From: Eledone cirrhosa
Taxonomy: Eukaryota
Assembly (NCBI GenBank): GCA_964016885.1
Contig: OZ024740.1
Location: forward strand, 300,390,001 to 300,454,000
Direction: 5' to 3'
DNA length: 64,000 nucleotides
Shown: one piece after another, positions 12,876 through 29,600 of the stretch
How the letters are laid out: the number at the start of each line of letters is the position of its first letter
Numbering within the stretch: the first letter of the stretch is position 1
The notes under the pieces: model-generated
The model's database searches: none
What the model was told of the DNA's origin: nothing
What the model saw: only the letters and a program-made list of their open reading frames with translations
Made by a program: the position numbers and the translations under genes

Positions 12876-15800
12876 CTCAGTGCCAGCCAGCAAATGCGCT
12901 ACCCAAAGAGCCGGGCAACTTTCCATGTACGTCCAATACCTTGTGTAACGCAAGCATGTACTGCGAGATGAACAAATAAAAATTAATACACAATACCAAA
13001 TCGCTTTTCCTACGGTTAACCAGGAAGCGCGTCCCTCAGGAAGGTGCCAACCTGAGATTGAAAAGTTTTCCTCTGGCACAAACTCTTCTCCAATTATGGA
13101 CCTGGGTGGGCATTTGATCGGGGATTTCCCCAACTCGAGCCCTCCAGATCCACCACCCAAACCAACTCAAAAAGAAAAACCTAAAAGGAGGAAATGGACC
13201 CGAGAAGAGTATAAAGAAGTAATATATGCATATTACTATGCATTAGGTAAGCCATCACAAGACAGGCACACTTTAAACTCCTACAAAATCTGGAAAACTT
13301 GGAATCAAGGTAGCAGACGTAATATGGATGGTAATAAGTTGGCAAATGTAAGGAGGTATATCTTCAGAAATAATAGACTCACAGACACTGAACTAACTGC
13401 GATCAAGCAAACTGTGGAGAATGACATAAATATAAATGATGAAAGAACTGAAGAATCTCCTGGAGATAGTAACCACTCACAATCTTTACTGAAAGACCTC
13501 CATCCATCTGACCAAATCACAAATAGGTTTGTAGAAATGAGAAGCCCTATTGTACTCGCTGAAAATAGCCAGGAGAGGGATTTAGAAACAGTAATTGAAA
13601 ACCAAATATCTGCTGAGGAACACAGGGAGACTATGAAGGAATTAAAGCAAAAAATACTGAATGAGCTTGCAGTAGTAAGACATTCTAGTATAAATGATAG
13701 AGAACCACTTCAAAAACTCCCAAATACAATCCAAAATAGAAAACAAATAATGATTGGTAATTATGTGAGAAAAGAAATCATAGAAGAAGTAGAACCTGAT
13801 ATTACTGAGCTAAATGAAATCCTTTATGCATCTGCTAGAGTAATTGAAACAATTTGTTTACACCAGAGAAACAAAAAAAGTCGAACCTTCGAGGTAAACC
13901 AATTTGGAGGAGTAGAATCGAAAAGGAGATTGACGTAATGAGAGGAGAAATATCTTTATTGAGTGAGTTAACCGCTGGGAATGATATAAGATCCAAGAAG
14001 GTAAGAAAGCTAAAGAGAAAATATGGACTGTCTTCTAGAGAAGCAATAGTATCAACAAAAGAATCTCTGAAACAAAAAGTCCAAGTAAAACCCCAATGAA
14101 TTCGTAGATTCGAGAAGCGAAACAACTTCTAGAGGCAAAATAAGTTGTTCTCATCCAATGCCAAGTCATTTTATAGGGAAGTAGGGAAGAAAAACATAAT
14201 TATTGATGCTCCCCCCCCTCCATCCATAGAAGAGTTGAACACCTCTGGAGTAAGATTTGGAGTGATGAGAAGACATATAATACTAATGTAGATTGGATTA
14301 GTCGCCTGGAAAAATCGTACACAAATTTAGAAGAACAGGCGTGGGAAGACATCTCTATAGCGGACTTAAGGACAGCACTCAATAAATCTCATAAATAGAA
14401 ATCTCCTAGTAGAGACAGGGTACCAAATTTCTGGCTTTCCTCACTCCCGTGCACTCACAATATATTGGTCAAGCTGTTTAATGGAATTATGAAAGACCCA
14501 AAAATACACCTGATTGGATAGCAAGTAGCATTACCTACCTTCTACCAAAGAGCAACGAAACCAAAGATCCAAAAACTATCGGCCCATAACATGCTTGTCC
14601 ACCACTTATAAACTATTAACCTCTATTCTCATGGAAAAAAAAACATACGTGTTTTTGGAGAACAATCTTTTCTTCATTGAACAAAAAGGGTGCCGACGAG
14701 GTTCATATGGTTGCAAAGATCAACATTTGATTAATCGTATGTTCCTTGAGAGCTGTCATAATAAACACAGAAATCTCAGTTCTGCATGGATCGATTATCA
14801 AAAAAGCATGGATTCTGAAATCACTGGACATCTTCAAAATCTCACCTGTGATCTCAAACTTCCTCAAACACAATTTGTCATTAAGGAACACAAATCTCCA
14901 ATTGTCTCATTCCACTGGGGTACTGTGCTCTATGAATATACACATCAACTGTGGCATATTCCAGGTGACTCACTTGCTTTTCTGCATAGCTTTAATACCC
15001 CTTACATCCGAGCTTAAAAGAACAGTTTACGGTTATAGAATTGACAACAAAAAAATAAGCCACCTATTTTATATGGATGATTTGAAGCTATATTGCAAAG
15101 ATAATGACGAACTGGAAGGCCTTTTGCGGACAGTAAAAACGTTTAGCGATGACATCAGGATGGAGTTTGCACTTGTCAAGTGTGCGAAAGCCACTTTTAA
15201 GAAGGAGAAGCTTGTCAACTCAGACTCAGTTGAATTGGATGCAGACACAATCATGAAGGAACTTGAGCAGGAACAAACCTATACATACTTAGGGATTAAT
15301 GAGGGCTCTGGCATACAGCATGCAACTATGAAAGAGAGGATACGGAAACAATGTTACAGCAGAGTACGTTCAGTTCTGAGATCAGAACTAAACGCCCGTA
15401 AGGTGCTAGCCATAAATTCCTTGGCTGTCCCAGTTGTCACTTATAGCTTCGGTGTGTTGAACTGGAATATGAGTGAAATCAAAAGAATTGACTCAAAAGT
15501 CCGTAAGCTACTGACCTGTATTAGGATGCACCACCCAAAAGCAGATGTGGATCGTCTTTACCTTCCTAGAACTCAGGGAGGCCGTAGCCTGATCCCATTT
15601 GAACTTGCTTACAAGACCACCATCATTGGACTGGCCAAATACCTTGAAACAACTAACGACTGTATGCTGAAACTTCTTGAAAAGCATGAGAGAAGTAAGA
15701 AGCTTCATTCTATCTCCAAAGAGAGCAACAAATATGCTACTGATCTCATGCTTGATACCCAGGCTGGACAGACTAAAAAAACTGATGCTGCTCGACACAT

Positions 15801-16157
15801 AAAATCCCTGGAAAAATAAAAAGGTCAAGGACAATTAGCATCACATTGGGAGCAGAAACCTCTGCATGGCAAATATGTGGCCGGTAGCAAAGAAGCTGAT
15901 GTTGACCAAAAGCACACTCATCAGTATCTACGTTTTCAGGGCTAAAGGCGGAGAGTGAAGGCTTCATCTTAGCTGCCCAAGATCAAAGCTTATTGACTCT
16001 TAATTATCAGTCTAATGTGATGAGAAACGGAATAAACCCAAATTGCCGATTCTGATATGCTGGGGTTGAAACAGTGGATCACTTAGTCTCTGGATGTAAA
16101 GTTTTAGCACCAGTAGAATACAAATATAGACATGATAGAGTTGGCCAATATCTACAC
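12876..16157 (+). mobile_element. R4/Dong-clade LINE, long copy with RT and CCHC finger, 3' (RLE) end deleted
   Basis: Starts after a degenerate aatagtaataatgat. Motifs: KRRKWTREEY N-terminal motif, RPITCL, EQKGCRRGSYGCKDQ, AWIDYQK, HLFYMDDLKLY, YTYLGI, HHPKADVDRLYLPR..GGR, and CRF*..ETVDHLVSGC..RHDRV. Many frameshifts. Confidence 0.88.
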
Positions 16158-17946
16158 TATAGATGATTGAGGACATCCACCGAGCGTTATGATTTTTACC
16201 AGGCAATATCCAATGAATTACACGAGGAGGGGTAACACCAAGCAATATCAACATCAACTCGGCACATTCCCGGTAGTCGTCACGTGGAAGAGAACTCATT
16301 TTCCCATTGTCGGATGTCAGCCAATCTTGGAGGAACCTGATGTTCTCAGAACACAGACGCTCGAGTCTCCGGTCGACAATGTACAATGTTTTAAAGTTGG
16401 TCTTGTCCGTGAGTGACACCCAATCTTTTTTGAACTCCTTGAACTCTGGGGTGTCTGGACTGGACATTGCTCCGAATAGTTTTTGCCACACTGCACACAA
16501 AATACGCTCCGATTGGTGCCAACAAGCAAAATAAAACACCTTTTTTTTTAGCATATCTTCTAGATTCACGCAGGCACCATTTTTCTATCCAGAATTCGAA
16601 GCAGTTGTGTCGAAGACCAAGCCCACCACAGACCCATCAACATTCCAATCTTTAACAAGATCAAATGATGCTTTGGCTTGAGTGGTTCCAGTGCCATCAG
16701 GAATTATGGGAACACCGAGGAGTTTACCTTCTCTGAGTTCCAGCAACTAGCACACCTAGCCTCTCGTGGTCACCAATAATTAGTTTGCCTTCCGAATACA
16801 AGGTAACAAAGTCTGGTACAGAAAAATGTTCCTTTAAGTGTTCAGCCCCCACAGTTCTGATCTTCTTAGCTGCACGTCTGCTACTATTCTTGGAGAGAGT
16901 TGTGGCGTCTATGTCAGTCCCACCCTCAGAAATAATCGATGCCATAAATGCTGTTCTCTGGCCCAGTGTCAGGTTTAAACGTACAGCCATTAGAGAAATT
17001 TTTGGACTTTAAAATGGATTCTTTGGGAGTTCCAGCAGGATTTTTCGTTTCTTGTCTGACTTTGAGCTGTTTCTTGGTGCGTTTGAGGCCTAAAATTCAG
17101 GATCCTGTTCATCTTCAGTTTCATCGTTGGTTGAACTTGAATCACTCAGTTCATTACCTGGAAGTTGTGCTGCTACAGATCCTGACAAACGCTTTCTATG
17201 GTTCTCTGACTCTCGATGAGCCACAGAAACCTGATCACGCTTAAACTTTGAAGATACCTTTTTCTGGCAACCATTGTCTTCAGTACCCAGAGATACTTTT
17301 TTCTAGCAACGCAGGGCTTCGAGAAATGTAGCATCTTCCATTTTCTGTTCATTATTACGAAGACGGTCTTTCAAAATTTTCTTTTCAACATCAGTATGTG
17401 CAATGTAGAAATATGAATTCAATTCAGAAATAAATAGTGCTTCCTCTTTGTTTGACTTAGAACCTTTGTTTTTTTGCAAATTTCTGTATTCACTGTACAT
17501 GTTCATAATTTTCAGTTTCACTTTGTTTTTTCGTTGAGTCGCCACACCAGATTTTTCCCACTGACTAACTACTTCCATCACAAGCCTATCCGCAATAGCA
17601 CCATTGAAGCTCATATGCTTTTCGTGTTTCATAGGACCATCTTTCGGGTAGAAGAAATATCTTAGAACATCCCCTTTTGTTGGTATTTTGTTAGCTGTAA
17701 AGCATGTAACATATTGCTCTAGGAGCCATATTTCTCGATCATCACAACGGAGCGAGTAGCTACAACTAGGCCCACTGGTTTCCGCCATTATTCTGCGAAT
17801 TTGCAACTATTAGGCAAAGCTTAAATTAGTCTGAAATAATCAAAATTACATTATAAATTGATAATATACAAAATGGCATGAGAAAATGCATAGGGAGCTA
17901 AGAAAAGAATACTTTTGTGTAAAATGTGGAATTCTGGAACACCCTA
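16158..17946 (-). mobile_element. hAT-superfamily (hATm-like) DNA transposon, 3'-truncated pseudo-transposase
   Basis: Minus-strand terminus TAGGGTGTTCCAG at 17946. Transposase motifs: VFDTTASNSG*KNGAC (~16570-16625), FACWHQ (CxxH-like), RDDYRECAEL and HNARWM. ORFs 17303-17806, 16724-16990 and 16012-16569. Confidence 0.75.
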
Positions 17947-17956
17947 ATATATATAT

Positions 17957-19370
17957 AGTAGAAAGTGAGTTTTTTTTACAAAATGAAAAATAACCGAGGT
18001 GTCCTACACGAGTAAAAAGTATAAGGAAAAAAGATGAAATCGAAAATGCAACTGTTAAAAAATCGAAAATGCCTTTGTTAAAATATATATATATATATTT
18101 ATTTGGTTCCTTTACCGGTTTCGCAGTTCTTCTGCTTTTCAAAAGTAGAGTTGAGATGGAGGGCCTGTGGATTTTTTCACATCTGGTTGGTCTTTGAATG
18201 TTACTTATTTTATATGGGAAAAAGTGGCTCGAAATGCCAGGTTTTTAGAGAAGTAATCTGATTGGTTGCTGAATAATAAATTTCGCATAATAAATTTCGC
18301 CCCATTTCGCGTTACAATGTTCTTCAAACAAACAGGTTGTTTTTCATATATGAGTGAAGTTTAGTTGGTTGATACAGTCACGTGAACACGTACATTACAT
18401 TTTGCGCCCGTATTTTGGAGATTTTTATAGCCATTTAGAGAATTTTGTACCAAACCAAAGATAATGGTCAAGAAAAAAGGGATGGAGAGAGTTGTTCTGA
18501 GTATGACTGAAGTGCTGAAATGTAATTTGATTGGTTATAAATGAAATTACGACTGTCACGTGAACAAGTTCATTAAATTTCGCGCCCGTATTTGGCAATT
18601 TATTTTGTAGCCTTTTAGAGTATGTTGTGGCAAATAAAATATAATGGTCAAGAGAAATGGGATGGGGAGAATTGTTCTGGTTCAGTGAATATGGCTGGTT
18701 CGCCGGTGTGTCAGAATTCAGACTTTCTATTGAAATAAAGAAAGTACAGATATGTATGTTTATTTGTGTGCTTGTGTGTGTGTATGTGGGGGGGGGGTGA
18801 TTCTATTAGAAGAAATGGGGGAGGAAGTTGTATGTGTGTGTATGGCTGTTATGTGTGTGTGTGTATATGTGTGTGGGAGTATGGTTAGCATGTTAAGATG
18901 GAGAGAATATATATATTTTGAGTGTGTGGGTGTGTGTAGGAAAATGATTCTATTAGTAGAAATGAGGGAGGGAGTTGTGTGTATGTATGCGTGTTATGTG
19001 TGTGTGTATGTGTGTGTGTGGGAGTATAGTTAGCATGTTAAGATGGAGAGAATATATATATTATTTCTGTGTGTGTGTAGGAAAATGATTCCGTTAGTAG
19101 AAATGGGGGAGGGATTTATGTGTGTGTGGGGTGCGTGGTTAGGATGTAAAGGTGTTAGAGTATTAACGTATGTTAAGTTTTATTTAATTCTGGTTTTTAT
19201 TTTCTAAAGTAGATGGTGTTATGTGTGTGTGTGTGTGTATGTTTGGATGGTTAGCATGTTATGGTGTTGACATAATGTATATTAAACTATATTTAATGCT
19301 GGTCTATATTTTTGAATAAACATATTTTCCTTATTTATTCGTATTTGTTCTGTTGTATAGTCAGCGCAAA
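17957..19370 (-). mobile_element. Non-coding PLE-tail-like repeat, family A (long copy) with hammerhead
   Basis: 17957-18185 is homologous to 31914-32100 and, inverted, to 50228-50440. It has an internal ~180-bp tandem duplication (~18330-18680) and is bounded by (TA)n. No ORF. Confidence 0.6.
18110..18145 (-). ncRNA. Minimal type-I hammerhead ribozyme, U3:A8 core variant (family A)
   Basis: Minus strand reads CTT-TTGAAAA-GCAG aagaa CTGC-GAAA-CCGG-TA-AAG: stem I CTT/AAG, stem II 4 bp, palindromic ACCGGT stem III, GUA cleavage triplet, AATAAA just downstream. Confidence 0.75.
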
Positions 19371-19396
19371 GATAATATATATATATATATATATAT

Positions 19397-21100
19397 GAAC
19401 TGCGCCTCCTACTTAGACTTACTTATGACACCGACTACCTAGACAGCCATGACCTTAGCGGTATCTGTCCCAGTAGAACCATAAGATGTAGACCCCCCTA
19501 ACCATAACCTCAATGGCAAAAAAGACTCCCATGGAAGGTGGATTGGGTGGATCAAAGCCATGTGAACCCCCCAAAACAATGATCAGGTAAGAAAAATGGT
19601 GGCGCATGCAATAGGGGCTAGTATTAAAACTACCCTAAAAGGCTACATATTCAAATTCAACGAAAAACTCTACACGGAACTCTGAATTAACATTATAGAT
19701 GAGAGGGCCCAAATTCTCCACCCAGACTACACTAAACCCATGGCCTCCAAATACCTGATACTCAAAAACTCAGCAATGTCCAGTAGTGCTAAGTTTACTA
19801 TTCTGATCGCAGAGTTGGTTCAAGTGATGAATACTTGTCCCGCATGTGCAACCCAACAGAAATGGAAAGACACACCCAACACTTCATCAACCGCATGCAG
19901 TTCTCTGGCTACAACCAAAGAGACAGAATCAGAATATACAAAGGAGCCACTGAGAAGAATGAGACCATCATAGAACTGGACATAAAAGGAATTTGCCCAT
20001 TATACAGGAGAAAATCATGGAATAGCTTAGATAGGACTAAACATGAGACAGGGAAAGCCACCTCTTGGTACGACAACCAGAGATACCAGAGTGTCATGTT
20101 CGTAGACACTACACCTGGAGGGAAATTAGCTAACCAGTGTGGAAAGGCCCTGAGAAAGACCCACTTAAAGATTAAAGTGGTAGAAAAGCCAGGAACTACC
20201 ATAAAATCCATGATCAGCAAAACATACCCTTTTAAGAAAACCCACTGTACTAATAGGAAATGTCTTATATGTAAAGTAAACCCCCAGATAAACTGTAAAA
20301 CTAGAAACGTAGTCTATAGCATAAGATGTACAAAGGGTACTTCCGGAAACATGACAACAACATACATAGGCGAGACAGCTCGTAGCATAGAAAAAAAGGA
20401 AAGTCCAACACCGGAGGGGGGGGGGGACTAAAAGGACGACAAAACGCTTCAGTACTATACGAACACACCAGACAGACAACATGATGGTAACATAGACAAC
20501 ATAGAAATTAAAATATTATCTAAACATAGAAGTGACCCAGCAGATAGGAAAATCAGAGAAGCAAGCGAAATAGAGCTTACAAGGCCAAATTTAAACAGAA
20601 AAGAATGAACGGAATAACAACAACACCCAGACAAACAATACTGACTTAAGAGAATAATAAATAAATATATACATAAATAAATATATACACACGCACAATA
20701 ACAACAAACACATATAAACACACACTAGTAAGCTAAGATAGAATAAATTAACCAAAATACAGTCACACAAACACCAAACACTATACACCCACGCAAACGC
20801 ATGCACAGAGAAGAAGACAAAAATAAATAAATAAATAAACAGATAAAATAAAAATGGCGTAGACATACAATACAACAGGAGGAACATAATAGTACTACTA
20901 ATGATGTTGCTGATATGCAATGAAAGAACTTTGTTAGACTCTATATATATGTGTTTATATCTATATTATATCAGTCAATGATAAACATTCAGGAACAAAT
21001 GAATTAACTGTGGAGATATAAAAGATACAGAAGCGAAAACCAACCAAACTGTTATTATATCTGGCAATATTATTACAACAATATGACCCTCCACAAGTAT

Positions 21101-21105
<5 letters not shown>
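19397..21105 (+). mobile_element. Penelope-like element remnant (RT C-terminal part, Cys linker, GIY-YIG, 3' pLTR), family E
   Basis: ORFs 19740-19973 and 19835-20431 (CTNRKCLIC..NCKTRNVVYSIRC..TYIGETARS), followed by H..H..ILSKH..DRKIREA. The 3' end abuts (TA)n. Same family as 37341-38646. Confidence 0.85.
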
Positions 21106-21138
<33 letters not shown>

Positions 21139-21148
21139 CAGAGAGAGA

Positions 21149-21220
<72 letters not shown>

Positions 21221-21599
21221 GAACACTGGAAGGTAATATCCGTAGTGGTAGAGCATTCAGTCCATGGGACGAGTTTGGTAGAAGTTGTAACACAAGAGTT
21301 AGTTGACCATATCGAGAACAATTGTTTCACCTTACGGATCTTCAGCTCGGACTGGTCATGGTTATACGGAACAGGAAGAACAGCCGTATGAACGCGCATG
21401 CGCAGAAACGGTCACTTCACCTAAGCGATGCAAAGCCACGGGCGAACAATGTAAGGCAGATAACTGCGAAAGTCCGGAAAAGATGTTCGAGTTGATTAGA
21501 ACATTAAAATGTTGTTGTTATTCAATCCGGAGCTTTGTAGTTATGCAAGATATGTTTCCAGACATGTGGACAACGTGAGAATATTTCATTACTTGAATT

Positions 21600-22492
21600 T
21601 ATGCAATCGCTATTGCGTAAACTCCTTAGAATATTTATCCTTTCTTCAAATCACAGTCCACAAGACGGATTGCCCCTTGAGTATTGCTTGGACTTAGTGA
21701 TGAGTTTCCATTGAATGGAGTTGACTCTACTTGAGTCCTTGAAAGACCATACGTAGCTCGCGACTTTCGTGGATGATCATTTGTCCGGGTACCTAAAGGT
21801 CGACTGATGGTGCAGGAAGCGTTTCTTAAATTGGCCCTCCACAAACCCACATAGGATTTGACATCCTGTGGTTGATCTGGTCGGTTGGAAGTGACCACAG
21901 TTTCATAAACTACAGCGGGAGTGTTGCATTGCTGTTGAAGGGGAACAGCTTCAGGCTTTCGGCAGGAGCATTTTGGTGGGGTGCCGCTCTTAGGACTGTT
22001 GGTGATATGGGCCTTCATATTTTTAGCGCAGGAGTACCCTAGTTTTACTTTGTGTCGGCTAAAGATTGAGCGGTATTTGTGACCTATGGGAAAGTGTCTA
22101 TCTAAGAGGGCTAAACATTTGTTTTCTACATTAGTTTTAACGTTGAGTGAGAAGGGAGAAGTAATAGTTTGTCTAGTGTTACGATTTCTTTCCTTATCGC
22201 TGTTGTTTTTAGTGGGGGAGTAAGTAATTGATGCGACAACCAGCTGTTAGCTAACAGCCTGTTATAGTAGAGTGCTGATCTGTCAAAGATAGTATTATTA
22301 GAGGAGAGGTTTGAGATTCTAGTACTGATATTATTTACTAAGTTTCTAAAAACAGTATGAGGATGGCATGAGTCCTTGTGTATGTAATTAAGTTGTTCGT
22401 TTAGCTTATGGAAGGGTCTGATGGTATGTGTGCGAATGCCTAAATTAAAGTCTCAGAAATCTACGCTAGAGAGTTTGGTAGCTACTGTTATC

Positions 22493-22495
<3 letters not shown>
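21600..22495 (-). mobile_element. Penelope-like element fragment (thumb/linker plus GIY-YIG), related to 38647-41481
   Basis: ORF 21635-22018 CSCRKPEA..QCNTPAVVYETVV..KSYVGL. Upstream HFPIGHKYRSIFSRHKVKLGYSC and YIHKDSCHP segments read on the minus strand. Confidence 0.75.
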
Positions 22496-25300
<2,805 letters not shown>

Positions 25301-26130
25301 ATGTTTGTGTTTGTGGCGTGTATGTATGTGTGACTATGTGAGTGTGCGTGTGTCTGTGTGTCTGTGTACGTGGCTGTTCCTCTGTGTAAGGGGAGATAAA
25401 TACTGTGCGAAAAAGACGCATATACTAATATTGTCATCAGTATGTATAATTTATATAAAAATGAGATAAATTAGAAATGGCTAGAACGTCTTTAGACATA
25501 GCTATGATAGTCAAATACTACACGAAGTTCCTTCAATCAAATGCATTGAAGGAAAACCTAAAATAAGAGTGACAACACGAGAAAGGTGGAACACAACTCA
25601 TCTTTCATGAAAACCTAATCATACATTTTCATTTTACATTCTGAAATATCTCATTACTGGTCAATTGATGATTTAGGCAAGGTTCACTATCTAGAAAATC
25701 CATTGAATAGAATATAAACAAATTTATTTAAGTATTTTTCATTATATATACTAGCAGAAAAAACACCTCAATGGTTTTCTGCTGGCATGTGTAGTATGTT
25801 TATTGATATTATAGGCAGGTATATATATATATATGAGATATGATACATCAAATAAAATCGTAATTGACAATATATAATACATAGAAATTGAACGAAGACT
25901 GCGTTACACTGACTTATGTAATCCATGATACATTTAAAAAGACGATATTATATATAAACTGCATTAGGAGAAAATTAGTGACAGAGAATTAGTATATTTA
26001 TATAAACGATGGCCAACCGGAAGTGTTGACATTTCAGAAATTTTAAAGAAGTGAATCTTTAAAGAAACAGAATATAGCCATGAAATTTAGTAGATAAATT
26101 ATGTAATATTCATTCATTATTTATTCAAAG

Positions 26131-26314
26131 GGCGGTGAATTGGCTGTATCGGTGGAGGGTCAGACGCCATGCTTTTCAGCATAGTTACGTCCCTTTACAG
26201 TCTAAGTTCAAATCCCGCCGAGGTTAACTTTGCCTTTCATTCTTACGGGGTTGATAAAATAAAGTACCAGTAATATACTGGGTATTTGCTGGCCTTGTGC
26301 CAAAAGTAGAAACA
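26131..26314 (+). mobile_element. tRNA-derived SINE (octopus-type), full length with TSD
   Basis: A-box-like TGGCTGTATCGG, B-box GTTCAAATCCC and body ACTTTGCCTTTCAT..GGGGTTGATAAAATAAAGTACCAG. 15-bp TSD ATTATTTATTCAAAG at 26116-26130 and 26315-26329. Confidence 0.85.
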
Positions 26315-26560
26315 ATTATTTATTCAAAGTAATCCAACTTATTTTACTAATGGGATAAAACATTATAAACCTTACGCAGTCCCGCGCTCCTTCATTTATT
26401 ATAGTTTAGATTTGTTTAATGCTATCGACTGTTGCGATACCTGGACAGAACATGCATGACTGTTAATCAATTAAATCCACAAACATTACTTATTTGGTAT
26501 ATTGCTTATAAAAGAGTGTGAATCGAGAAGTCATCATGTATATAAATCGGTGGGACGTAT

Positions 26561-26613
<53 letters not shown>

Positions 26614-29600
26614 GTGTATTTGTGTGTGTATATGTGTGTCTGCGCACACTTGTGTATGAGTAAAATATTTAGTTATATTTGTATCTGGTACGCCAGTGAG
26701 GTACATGTTCTTGGTCATTATTCAAGGTCTTTAAATGCGTATATCTATTTAGTAGAAAGAATATCCACATCCAATTAGAGTGCTCAAACATGATTATGAG
26801 TAAATTGTTCCAGAAATTTTAATGATCCATGTATAACCCTACAAATTATTTGACATCATTTCCTATTATAAGTTTCTGCAATGGCAACAGGAAATGAATG
26901 TAAACTTCATACCGTATCTGACTCGCTTTATGTGATAAAAACGGGAGTTATAAGAAACATTTGTTTTCTTTTCTCTGATTTAGAATTTGAAGTAACTAAT
27001 GTATAAAGTTCAAGATTATGGATTGGGAAAATAACATTTCCTTTCTACTCAAACACTCATCAAATGTCTTAAGTGTCACTTGAAAAAAAATGTGATAACG
27101 GAAAATAAAATTATAATTTCCCGTTACAAAAAAACTTCTTTCAATTGTTAATAGAATTCAGAGTTCTAGCAATACAATAAACTGGAAGTAAAGGGTGGTC
27201 AACGTGTTTCAGATTGAGATTTCCATTTTTCTAAGAAATATATATATTTATCGCTTTGTCATGAAAACCTATAAGACATTATAAAAACGTGTCATATGGC
27301 TGCAGAATATTCGTTCATAATATGAAATTAAATATATGTACGTCTGTACTCGTAGACTTTTAATCCGTTTAAACACGCAAGCATGTGGCAGAGAAAACTG
27401 CCTACACGAGACTACAAAAAGATAAACACATAAATATTTAATTGCAAACATAAGCACGTACATAAGTCTTGAGTTATGTATATATGTATGTATATATATA
27501 TATAAGTACGCATCTTTTCTCTTAAGTTCAGATCTCAGAGAGGATAACTTTGCAATTATTAACTTTTGGGTAGATATATGAAGAAATAATCGAGCATAGT
27601 CAATTTGCGGAAATAATAAAGCATTGGAGGAAATGCCACGTGATATCATTTGTAGCTCGTTGCGTTCAGAGTTCAAATTCTGCTTAGGTTGACGCCAAAT
27701 ACCGGTCTTTACTGACAGAGTGGTGTCTATATAGGATGGAAGAGCTTTCGAGCCCGGTATATCTCACGCGCATCGTCTCAACACAGTTGTGCAAGAAAAA
27801 TAAAGAATATCATAAGAATCGAACACATTAATCATTCTCCACACTATAAGTAACATTCTAGAAATCATGGAAATATCGTCGACAACGATTAAACATCCAG
27901 GAAATATACTCATTTGTGGATGTGCTCTTGAAAGTATATGTATATGTAATTAATTATTTATGCGCTTACGTGTGGGCAAAGTGTTGCATTTATTAGAGTA
28001 AACATATATACAAAATCCACTTCAAATAACGGTTTCTACTATCTAGGTGTTTTGAAAATAATGTACTAAAATCCCTTGCCATTAACGGTATTTCAGAATA
28101 TATACCTTCTCTTTCAAATGCTGTTTGTATGGTGAAATAAAACAATATCTGATGTAAATATTAATAAATGCGTGTGATAAATCTGTAACAGAAGTGTTCT
28201 TTTGCGCTTGATTAACGCTTAACACCATTCTTTTATATCATAAGGTGAAAAGTTGTTTGCAATATGCATAAATATCAGATATGCCTCTTGCCTATGAAAC
28301 CTAGATATATGTGGTATGTTGAAATTACTACACATAGTGTACCTCGAAATATCTGTATAAACATCCTGTTTCTCTGGATTTTAGAGACTACTAAATGCAA
28401 TGTCTTACAATTCCGTTCTAAGCAAATAGTTTAATAGAAAATTCCATTTGTACACTTGAGAAAATGTGTTTATGAATGGCAGAAACGTGTAGATATCACT
28501 GCTTCTAATACATCTAAGACGTTCTCTCGCTAGTCCATTTTGAACAAGCATCCAGAGCTTAGCTTAGCTTTACTATTCTAGTCTTCATTGAGATTATATC
28601 TGCTTCCACTATCTTTCTATCAACATCCGGATTTCACGGGTTAAATTCGGATGCGTAGAAGCGTTATTGAGAACAAAATTTAGAGAGTTGTTTGGTTTGG
28701 AATTTCAAAATGGACAGTCTGTAAGTTTTATTTTGTTGTCATTATTTTCTTGACCAGTCTCATGAACTCTTCCATCTTAAGCTGAATTGTTATTTGTATT
28801 GGATGAATACATTACGATTGAGTTTGCATGCCTGTCACATTGCGAATGACTGTCGTCTGACACACCACTGCTTCAGTTATCATAGTTACTGGCGTTCGGT
28901 AAATATCTTCCCACTTCACTGAATAGTAATCGATTAGAGGCGAAAGAAGACTGTTTATTTCTCAACATATTCACTACGTTTCTGCTAGCTATTATATTCA
29001 GATTGTGTATGAACGTGTGTGTAAGATGTGGTTTATTTTCAAAAGTTTTCTAACCAAATCGGAAAGAACGGGTTTCTAACCCAGAATATATGGTGCTTCA
29101 TTCCATCCCAATTTAAGAAATATATACAAACGTATACATCACCACTCGTACGAATGCACACATGTATGGAACAAGATTTTATCTCATGTGTGTATTTCTT
29201 AACCTGTGCATATCTACTTACTGATGGCTCAAATACTGGAAATTTTTATAAAGTTTGGTAGTATCATTAATTTATTGTAATTGTAATATAAATTTCTGGT
29301 TTTGTAAACCTCTGTTTCATTTCTATAGTTCAAGTCTACACCTATGATAATATAGTAGGGCATGATCTACTCATAACCAGAAAATCTTTCATCTGATAAC
29401 TTGATCCAATAATATTTTACGGTTTGATAAGTACACCTAGTTATCAGTCGAGTAATACTTCTTTCATCTTGCTCTTGGGGGTCAGGTACAACAATAGTTC
29501 CTGCAATTCCACCTCTGTATACATTGAGAATGTCATAACTAATTCAAAGCTTTACTTCACACCATTCCTATTTTTAATATATCATATCAAGCTATCGAAA

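Noticed and set aside
12876-13095. HDV-like ribozyme in the Dong 5' UTR
   Set aside because: Such ribozymes are known for some R2/R4 elements, but I could not build the nested double pseudoknot by eye.
26131-26230. tRNA gene
   Set aside because: A/B boxes are present, but there is no cloverleaf. It continues into a repeated body with a TSD, so it is a SINE.
28680-28730. Possible first coding exon (AAAATGGACAGTCT|GTAAGT)
   Set aside because: There is a good donor and ATG context but no supportable downstream exons in the window. It needs RNA-seq.
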